DNA of 64,000 bases, taken from the human T2T-CHM13v2.0 reference genome, Homo sapiens. Of this stretch, positions 40,411 through 52,448 are shown piece after piece. Every line of letters begins with the position of its first letter. The stretch's first letter is position 1. The stretch lies in assembly GCF_009914755.1 (NCBI RefSeq), contig NC_060947.1; one strand, 5' to 3'. A program made the position numbers and the translations under genes. The notes under the pieces were generated by a model. It saw nothing but the letters and a program-made list of their open reading frames with translations. It was not told the DNA's origin and did not search any database.

Positions 40411-41384
40411 CTGGAAAGAGAAAGAAAAGAAAGCTGAAATGCTTATATATGGTTTTTGGAAACCGGGTCAATTTGGATAAGAATCTCTGGAGGGGTTCTG
40501 AAATCCATTTCTGTGTTTCATATATAGGTTTAGGCTAGGAACTGGTGGGGTGAGCAGTGGGGGACACATTGAGATGTTTGAACTTGATGCTTAGGATCAT
40601 TATCTTTTAGCAAAATCCATAGTCTCCTTTAATTTAGACTCCCCACACCAAGTATTTGGAATCATGAGAGTATGATGACCTGGGAATCAAATTTAAAAGG
40701 AAATCTAGTGACTTTGGGGATTACATTTAGTGATTTACTTCTACCCAACTCTACTAACTAAATGTCTCTGATCTCCACATTTCTTTACCCCCTCGAGTAC
40801 CTTCAAAAAACTCCAGCTCACGTTACCCCCTCTAACTTAATTCTAGCTAACTCCAGTTCAACCAGTCTTTCCCATTACACTAAAGAAAGTGAAATTAGAT
40901 AAATAGCTATAACACATCACTCAGAGCCATTGGAAAATACTAAAGTCAATAGCAGTAAATAAATAGCCCTTTTATTAAAACAACATATACAATTTCAATA
41001 TATAGAACAAGATTTTGAATGCTGAGAAAACCCAGTCTAATAACCATAAATATAACACCGAGAGACAGAAATCTGAGGGAAGACCAGACCCTGATCCAAT
41101 AGGATCAAGTTTAATTTATTTTAGAAAGAAAAAATAATCTCTGCCAACTTCCTTCCACCATCACCCCCTGCCACCACCTCCCAACCCAGTCTGGAACTAA
41201 AAGTAAAAAGGAAATGACAAAAGCCAGTGACTGATTTTTGCTATGTAAGACCTGAGATTTATGCTTAGAACACACAGTTAAGAGCTCAGTAGACTTGTTT
41301 TTGGTATCTGGGGCTTGAATTTGATTTCTTTTTAAATTTTAACAAGAGAAATCCTTTTTGCCAAGTATTAGAGGGCTATTGAAT

Positions 41385-41575
41385 TCCCCCTCCCACCCTC
41401 CCCACTCCCGCTCTCCCTTCTGCCCTTCCCCTCCCCTCTCTCCCCACTCCCCTCCCTCCCTCCCCTTTCCATTCCCTCCCCCTTTCTCCCCCTCCCCTTT
41501 CTCCCCCTTCCCTCCCCCTCCCTCCCCTTCTCTTTCTCCCTCCTTCTTTCCTTCCACCCCTTCTCTATTCCCCTA
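41385..41575. repeat. C-rich polypyrimidine tract in AKAP4 intron 1
   Basis: Nearly pure C/T for ~190 nt. Confidence 0.92.
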
Positions 41576-41887
41576 CAGCATATTAATAATAGCTATTCTC
41601 TAATGGCTATCCTTTCACATGATAATACTACATTCCTGCTCTTTACCATCCCTGCCTCCAACCAAGATCTTTTTGAACTCTTCCTTCAGGAATCTCTGTG
41701 AAACCTTGAAAAAGTTATAGGAAAAGACTCACTCTGAAGAGGGAGTTTCTTTTTTTCCAAGAGCTACATAGGGAACACTAGCCTAGTAAAAAAAGAGGTG
41801 GAGGCATAGAGTCCCTCATGTGATTCAGAAACAGCCTAAGTCCAAGTCCAAAAGAACTGTGAAAAATAAAATTTATGAACTCATTAC

Positions 41888-42000
41888 CTTGATGATGAAG
41901 TTCTTTTAGATGTTTGGCTGAAAACGTGACACCCAGAAGGGAGATGTGCCCCTTTAGATGGAACTGAGAAGTGCCAAGTTCTTGGGCACCTGCAGTTGGC
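41888..42000 (-). other. AKAP4: Probable alternative non-coding first exon of AKAP4 (isoform starting at Met10); 5' boundary uncertain
   Basis: Good donor AAG|GTAATG at 41888/41887 with no upstream ATG in the adjacent ~110 nt; exon 2 begins with ATG; I recall two AKAP4 transcripts differing in exon 1. Confidence 0.6.
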
Positions 42001-42520
42001 TGCCACCCCTGTCAGCTGTTGGACCAGACTGAGGGGCCAGGCTTTCCCCTGCTGCCTCTGACCCTGGGGTGTGGCAACAGAGTTTGTTGGGTCACAATGC
42101 CTGAACTGTCACAACCTAAGCAAAGGTGGGCATGTTGGCAAACTCAGAAACCTATTCCCATCAAAAGCACATCAGGCTGCCTGTGGTGCGACAAACTTTT
42201 TCTGTTATCTCTATGAGGGTACACACCATTTTTCTCACATTTTCTCTGGCTCACAGTCCATCAAGATATCCCTTCTCTTTTCATTTCCTGCGAGACCTCC
42301 AGAACAATCTAATCATACCCCTACTAGAGAATCAGAGTTATATTGCAAGAGATCTTTAGATTTACGTAGAAACAGAGAAATGTTGATCAAAATCTTTTCT
42401 GGGTATCCCAAATAAAAGTATGAAAATAGAAACTTGGAGGCTGCCTCAGCAGCTTCTGTAGTTTCACCTCACCATTAAGATGCCCCCTTAGCTAGTCAAA
42501 AAGAAGTCAGATGTCCCTAC

Positions 42521-42547
42521 CATTGTAGTATCAGAGTACGCCATCAT
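42521..42547 (-). CDS. AKAP4: AKAP4 coding exon 1 (MMAYSDTTM)
   Basis: Reverse complement reads ATG ATG GCG TAC TCT GAT ACT ACA ATG|GTAGGG, matching the recalled AKAP4 N-terminus; GT donor at 42520-42519. Confidence 0.93.
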
Positions 42548-42639
42548 GTAGGACCCTGGAATGATGTTTTCTTGTTGATTTGGATGCTGTGATGACTCTT
42601 CCAGTCTGCCTCAAGATACTGCTTTTTTCTTCAACTCTC

Positions 42640-42730
42640 CATGCCCTCCTACAGCCTTGACTGCCAGCTGGTACCAGAGTTACCTCTTCTTGACATCACC
42701 GTTTCTATAGAGAACAGTGACAGCACAAAG
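42640..42730 (-). promoter_or_regulatory. AKAP4 proximal promoter: CRE-like TGACATCA, X-box-like element, TGACAG
   Basis: TGACATCA at 42691-42698, GTTTCTATAGAGAAC at 42701-42715 and TGACAG at 42718-42723, about 145-175 nt upstream of the first ATG; motif match only. Confidence 0.5.
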
Positions 42731-43223
42731 ATGGAGGGCTCTAAGGATTCTGTGTGCTCTAAGTGGTCTAGCAGGCTCTGACCTTCCCTATGAGAAATAA
42801 GTTGTCCAGAGAAAGGCTGATCTAGTTGAGACAGGGTCTGTCTTTTACAGACTCCCTAGGCCATGAAAAGACTTAAGCTCCACTTAATCTTTTCAATCTG
42901 GCCAGTGCTGGTTTGTTGGCTGCAGTATGTGTTAGAGATTTATCCATTACACTTTGAGATGCCTTCATCTCATCTTACTGAGTTTAGCCCCAGTTTGGAA
43001 ATATTATCCCACAACCAAATGTCTCTCACTCTGCCCAAGTCTCATCTTTCCTTGTCTTTTCTCCATGTCTCCACTTTAATACTGCATGCATGTAAATAAA
43101 TGCATCTGAATTAACAATCAGTTGAGATGATCCCCTAAAAGAGTTCCATATTCTTGGTTCTACCTCCATTTATTCTTTTTCCTGTTGCCCCTGAGATTGC
43201 ATCTCTAACTCCGCTATATTATT

Positions 43224-44123
43224 TTGATCCTGTTAGCTCATGGTGTCAAACAGAAACAGAGCCTGGAATTTGTTAGAGGCGGCAAGACAGATTTTATTCA
43301 GGCCACTGCAGTAGAGGAGAGAGACTTCTGATGAACAGATCTCAACTCCACTGAAACAAAAGGCAGGGTGTGCTAAGGAAAAGTACCGAAGGACATTGAG
43401 TGGGGGTGAGCTTGGTCAATGTATTGGGGCATCTGTGTTTGCTAATGGGTGCTTATTAAAGTTAGGTTCCCTATGTTCACAATGTCAGGTTTATAAAGAA
43501 AAACATAATTAAGAACTATAAAGAAAGAAATGAAAGAAAGTAAAATCAAAAAAAGAAAAGAAAAGAAAGCTAAGCTCCTACCTTCCCATAGAGACAGGGA
43601 GACATGGACCCTATTTTTCTTGATCATTACATTACAAAGGGATGGCTTCCAGGTTGTTGAGAAAGACAGTCCTGGGTTGTAGAAGATACATCTTAAAAGA
43701 AGAGAGAAAGAATTTACAATTGCAAGTTTTCTAAAGTACATGCTGTAAGGAAGGGAGTCAGGGCCTGTAGTCAGGTTTTGGCCTGAACAAACAGTAAATT
43801 CTTTTGGCAGCAATGAACTGTCTCAGGAAGGCATTTTAAGGGGGGCTAGGATTGTCATACTAGGGAAATGGCCTTTTGGCAGCTTTGAACTGTCTCAGGA
43901 AGGCATTTTAAAAGGGCTGAGATTGTCATCCTAGGGAAATGGCCTTGAGCTGATAGAAACTACGCTGGTGTTTGTTCAAGTCTCTTAGTGTGTGTATGTA
44001 TTGGGGGGCAGGTGGATGAAATTGTGCCGAAAGTTGCAGTTCTTATAGGCCAAAGTTGAGGCCTAGCTGAGAAGTGGGCTTAGAGAAGCCTGACTAAAGT
44101 TTGATCATGAAGAGGGTCTTTGT
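43224..44123 (-). mobile_element. MER31-like ERV1 LTR with an internal 2 x 72-bp tandem duplication (43801-43944)
   Basis: cagattttattcagg...ctcaactccactgaaacaaaaggc motif; duplicated unit cttttggcagc...ctagggaaatggc. Confidence 0.6.
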
Positions 44124-46084
44124 TGCTTTTCCTATACCATCCTTTTGTCAAGGGGCAACTTTTGATGATTAAAGACAAAGTTGGAGCTCCTGTGTCTGGC
44201 TCATCTCTGTGGAATATGAAGCAAAGGAAGAAAATGTTTACCTATTCTCCAAGCACAAGAAATCATATCTCTAAGAGATTAAAAATAAAACAAAACAAAA
44301 ACAAAAACAAAAACTCTGTGTCTCCCAGCCCGGAAAGGAACAACCATGATTCATGCCTGGAAAATGTCTTAGTAATCCCCAGATGACAAAGAGAGAACTA
44401 CTATGGATGATTAGAGCACTCTCCCAGGGCACCTGAATCCTGTCATCCTGGAGGCTAACCAGGAGCAGGTAAGGGCAGCATTTGGATGTGAAACCAATGA
44501 GCAAAATGTAAGGGAAGAATCAAGGCAGACCTGGCTCAGTCATAGGTCACGGTACATTTACTGCCTCTTCCTTCTCTTCTCGAGGCTCTCAAATTGGTCT
44601 GTACTGAGTAGAGGGGGTGGAGGGCAGGTGAGGGATAAGGGATATTCAAATAGTCAAAGTAAGGAATATATTGTATTAGTGTGTGAAGGTGTGTGAATAG
44701 TCTGCACTTAGGTTTGCCTTTAATAGCCAAATATTGAGATATTAAACACAAAAGCCTTGGTCATCATTTTTTTTCTAAGCACCATCATCTATTTTGTAAC
44801 CTTGTTTATTCTACCCAAACTTCTTCTCTTTCACACAAACTTGTGAATAAGAGTGCAAATCAATACTTTAAATACACTCTCGGTTTGCATTTGGCTAGAA
44901 AAAACTATGAAGATAATAAAAATGGGACCTGCGTTTATAATATAATTATCATGAATAATGGCAAAAGGAAATTAAATGAAGTGAACCATCAGCCTTCATG
45001 AAATCACTGTCTGTCTGGTAGTCTTGCTGGGTGTCTTCCAGCCTCAGATTTAGCCTACCTTTTATGTGATGACACAATGACCATTTAGAAAATGGGCAGT
45101 GATGCCAATGATTATCAGACATCATTTACTGTGGACCAATATAATTGGGAACACCACTTCTTTTTCTCCTGATTTGGTTTTCCTGCCATGAGAGTACACA
45201 ATGACATTTAGAGCAGCTTCATGCAACCATACTAAAGTGAAAAATTAGTCATTTTGAACATCTTGGCAGTGGAACTGTATAATTACTTCTGTCAAGTGTT
45301 TGTGTTTTGTCTGCATTGTACATATTTTTTCTTTCCTATGAGTGATTGGAGGAGTGGAGGGGGAAAATAAAGGACTTTTAAAGTCTATAAACATTATCAT
45401 AAAAAAATTTCAGGGGGCAACTGCTAAAGATAAGTGGAGTCTTAGGAATGTTAGGGGTTCTTTTATAGGCAGGGGCTTAATTAGGCAGCTAAAGTTCTGT
45501 TCCATAACCTTGCGGTAGAAAATGACTTATGGCTAATTTTGAGGGGTGGGCTTGGCTTGGCAGTGGCTATTTCTGGTCAGGCTCTTCCCTTTTATAATTA
45601 TGAAATTTCCTTCCCCTGATTTCCTAGAACATTTGCTTATTGTCAGGATAATTCATCTGACATTTACTAAATCTGGCCTTGTAGAGTTAATTACCTTTTC
45701 CTATTCCTAGATTACCTACATTGCAAGCCTAGAAGGTTATCTATCTCTTTTTCATTGCATCCACCACAATACTGGGCACACAGGTGGGCTCAAGACACAA
45801 GGTTTTGGAATTTTTAGGGCAGAAAACATAATTCAGAAATCACAGCGTCATGGGATCTGTAAAAATGACCAAAAAACTTGGTTAGCTATCTGAGTGGGCA
45901 GGCTTCTTTCCCAGAGCAGTAATTGTCACACTTTGGCGTGCATCAGAATCACCTGGAGGGCTTCAGTTTCTCATTCTACGGGTCTGGAGTGGGGACTGAG
46001 AATTTGCCTGGTACTGTGTATTACATGCATTATCTCAATTCACGCACAGCCTTATGAAATGCCTACCACTTTAATTATAAATGA

Positions 46085-46610
46085 CTCGCTGGAGCGCAGA
46101 GGCCACGTGACTGGTGGGGGTGCTTGGCAGCACTGGCCACTTCCATCGTCTTGGGGGTGGGGGTGGCGGGGCGCGCGCGTGTGTGTGTGTGGTGATTAGC
46201 ATGCCTTTTATTTCTTTCAGGGTCTGGAGATAGAAGAGAAATTCCCTGAGAAAAAGAAAAGTAGAAAGGTATTTACTCTGATCTTCTGGCCCCATCTGGT
46301 GGTTTTAAGTCTGACTAAAAAAAAAAAAAAAAAAAGCGCTGATTCGTGATCTCCCCCTGCTGGTGAGAATGGTGGGGTCAATCCGGCCGCCTCTCGTACC
46401 AGTTGTTCTGAGGTGCATTTCTGTGGAAGCATTTCCGTCATTCTGAGACAGTTGGGCTGAGGCGGTTGGTCGCCTCTCTCTCTCTCTCTCTCTGTTCCTC
46501 ATCTACATTTTGATTGGTTTATTTTTGTATTGTTTTCTTTCAGTTTCCGATAGGTGGAGAACATTCTGCTAATAGCTTTTCTTCCAGTCCATTTGTGGCT
46601 TGTTAAAGGT
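46085..46610 (+). promoter_or_regulatory. CpG-enriched promoter-like region, candidate 5' end of the divergent neighbour (CCNB3 by recalled gene order)
   Basis: Local CpG cluster in CpG-poor surroundings, E-box CACGTGAC (46104-46111), GC box GGCGGGGC, and candidate plus-strand splice sites; the gene assignment is from memory only. Confidence 0.5.
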
Positions 46611-46816
46611 ACAACATGTATTGTCAGTCGTGACGAGAGCTTTTTGCCTTATATATTGATTATATATTATAAATATAGAAGTATATCCTGTGTCAGGCTG
46701 GAGATGTGGGAGGAAAACTGGCTGAGGGAACTAGCCTTTAATTAGTTTATTTCCTCCCTGTCAAACCAACAAACTTTTCTGGAACATCTGAAAAAATAAC
46801 CTTTAAAAAGTACTTC

Positions 46817-48551
<1,735 letters not shown>

Positions 48552-50956
48552 CCTGTGCCTCTTGCTCTCAAGTCAGGATGATGAATCGGGGTAATGACTT
48601 CATGTGGTCACTAGGAGGTCGCAGCTGTTGGAAAACGTATTCCCATGCAGTAGGAGAACACCCCGTAAAAAAGCCGTCTTGAGAAGGTGTTCCTCCAATT
48701 AAAAGGGAAATTGGTGATTTCTCTTGACAGAATCACTCCCCATCCTAAAAACTGCATTTTTGTGTATGTCGTATTTATTGATACATTTCCTTAATATTTC
48801 CATTATGAAGATATGTATAGGTTCAAGGAAGGCAGTAACTGTCTCTGTGTACAACCTAGCAGTGGCTCATGTGCTTAGACACTCAGTAACTCTTGGTGAT
48901 GTTGAGATGATTATGACAATAGTGATGGTGTTGATTATAAGAGTGGACTCAATCATTTGTGTCTTCTGAAATTCTCAACAGTTTTACATTCACCTAGTGA
49001 ATTTATAAATTCACATATCACATTCTGCCTTGTGGTGTATTTGTTTCATTATGAGCTTTATCTTTCCAAAAACAGGACTTCTTGAAGAGAATGACTGTGT
49101 TTTGCCCATTTTCACTTACCCTGCTAAGGGTAGCACAGGTTCATATATATTAGCAAATGCCTAATGATATTTACATAATTGAAAATAAGTGGTAATGGTT
49201 CTTCAAGAATTGCTAGCCCCAGGACCACATAGAAGTGCTTGGTCAAGGCCAAAAACATTGGGTCATCCTGATCCAAACTGCCTGGATTATTGTAATAACT
49301 GGCTAACTGATTCCACTGAATCTATCCTTGCCACTCTTCAATGTAACAGTTTTTAGGAACTGATATACTTTATTAGCTACTCTGTTATTTTTTATAATAG
49401 CTTTGTTGAAATATGATTCATATACCATGTAACTCACTCATTTAAAGTGTACAACTCAATTTTTTTAGTATATTGTGTCACAGAGTTGTACAACCATTAC
49501 CATAATCAATTTAGAGCTTTTTTAATCACCCCCAGAAGAAACCCTATACCCTTTGTCCATCACACTCCAGCCACCCCTCCACCCCTATATCTCCCAGCTT
49601 TAGGCAACCACTAATCTACTTTCTGTCTCTATAGGTTTGCCTATTCCAGACATTCAGTATAAATGGAATAATACAATATGTGGTCTTTGGTGACTGGCTT
49701 CGTAGCAAAACTTTTTCCAGCAATGAGCTGTAGCAACATGTGTGAAATGTCTGTGAGGGAAGCTCATTGGAGAATCAGTGGCAAGGGTTTTTATTGGGGG
49801 CTGGTGATACAGGCACCTCCTGCCTAGCACATACCGAAATTTCAGATTTCTAGGAGGAAATCTGGTGTTCACCATAAACCATAAGGCAAAGTGAGCTCAT
49901 ATTATCAATTAGTGTTGTGGGAACCCTCCCCAAATCCAAGTTTCCAGATACTAGCCAAGGGCCAACCTTTGTAAGCAGGATTTTCAAATGACAATATTCT
50001 TAGGTCTGATATGTTAACCCTGAACCACACAGATTTTGATATGGATTGTGTTGATTCTGTAGATCAATCTGGGCAGTATTGCCATCTTAATATTAAGTAA
50101 GCTGATCAATGAACACGGAACATCTTTCCATTTATTTAGGTCTTTCTCTTAATGATGTTTTGTAGTTCTCAGTGTACAAGACAATATCGATGTTGGATTA
50201 CATGGGTTGATTTTTCAAACTAGCCTTGCATCCCTGGGAGATATCCCACTTGGTCATGGTATATGTTAAATAATACTTTTAATATGTTGCTCAAATTTGT
50301 TTGCTAATATCTTGCTAAGAATTTTGTTTCTATATTCACGAGGGATATTGTTCTGTAGTTTTCCTATTTTGTATTATCTTTGGATGGTTTTGGCATCACA
50401 GTAAAAGTGTTCTCATATAATGTGTTGGGAAGTGCTCCCTTTTCTATTTTCTGGAAGTGACAGATGTAGAATTGGTGTTGTTCTTTAAATATTTTGTTTA
50501 ATTCTCCAGTGAAATCATCTGGGCCCGGAGATTACTCTTTTGGGGAATTTTAAAATTAATAATTGAATTTATTTAAAACTGGGACTATTCAAATGATATA
50601 TTTCCTATTGGGTGTGTTGTGGCAGTTTGTGCTTTCCAAGGAATTCATCCATTTCTTTAAGTTGTCAACTTTATGTGTGTAGAGTCGTTCATTGTATTCC
50701 CCTATCCTTTTTATGTCAGTAGGGTCTGTAGTGGAATCCCTTGTTTTATTTCTTTTAAAAAACCTTTCATTGAGGTATCATTGATATATTAATACAAAGA
50801 GCTGCATATATTTAACGTGTACAGTTTGACAAGCTTCTTCATATGTAAACACCCATGATTCCATTACCATAATCAAGGTAGCAGTCACATCCAACACCTC
50901 CCAAAGTTTCCTTGTGTCCCCTTGTTGTTGGGTGTATTTTTGTTAAGAACACTTAA

Positions 50957-51386
<430 letters not shown>

Positions 51387-52448
51387 TGATATTGCTAATT
51401 TGTGTCTTCTTTTTCTTTGTCAATCTTGCTAGAGGTTTGTTAGGCTTTTGATCTTTTCAGAGAACCTGACTTTATTTCATTGATTTTTACTCTTGGTTTT
51501 TCTGTTTTTAATTTCATTGATTTCTGCTTTTATCATTATTATTCCCTACCTTATGCTTGCATTGGATTTACTTTTCTCTTCTTTTTCTAGTATTGAGGTG
51601 GGTGCTTAGAGTATTGACATTTGCCAAACAGAAATTTAAAAATTTTTAGCTACTAAAAAATTTCTCATCCTGTTTTGAAAGTTTTTCTTCCTTTTGCAAG
51701 ATTATGGAAATATTCTTTTGTAGCTTGTCTGGTATTTTCATGGTTTCATTTTTACATTCAAATCTTGGATCCATCTGTAATCTATTTTCATGTAAAAGTA
51801 AGGTAGATAATAACAGACCTTCTCTATTAGGCTTTAATACAGAGGTATAGGGAGGAGAAGAAAGGAGAGTTTATGAGAATGTTGTATACCTGGGAGGAGG
51901 GGAATATTGACAAATTGTGGAGTCAAAGGGCTGTCTTCTCTTTTCTCAGTATCTTCTCAGGATGGTACCCAAAGAAAAGTTTAAGTCAACTGGAGGTATG
52001 CCAGCTAAGGGAAAAATATGTTTAAAAAATTTTGGAAAAATCACAACTTTTACTCAATAATTTTTTTTGTTGTTGTTGATGTGAAAAGCTAGAAAAAAAT
52101 AGAACGAAATTGCTTGCTTTGTGATTTTTGTATTGCTGTGGTTTTGGTGGATAGACCTTTTCCTCTCATGACTAAAAACTTAGGGTGACTTGTGTTAATG
52201 CTATGTGTCCTTTATGTGCATCCCAATGGGTTACTTGTCTACAATGATGACCTTTACGAGAATATATTCATTTACTTAGCGAACAGATTTTTTTCAGTTA
52301 TCTATCAAGGAGGCAGATATGGGGTACTGGTCATGTTTGTTCTCTGGAATCAGACTGCTTGTGTTTAAATTCTGGCTGTAATGTTTAAAACATTCATTCA
52401 CTGATATACTGTCTGCAGGGAATGATAAAGATTTTGTTTTGTTAGCTA

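Noticed and set aside
41339-41603. Pro/Ser-rich and Gly/Glu-rich ORFs
   Set aside because: Translation of a low-complexity pyrimidine tract.
45470-45700. Cluster of TAAT/ATTA homeobox-like motifs
   Set aside because: Expected by chance in AT-rich DNA; cannot be supported without conservation data.
48578-48690. Possible C/D-box snoRNA (ATGATGA)
   Set aside because: No CTGA D box with a terminal stem at a suitable distance.
48724-48969. 81/80-aa ORF present twice (also 53487-53729)
   Set aside because: Explained by the tandem duplication; TTG start, mostly amino-acid-changing differences, no recognisable domain.
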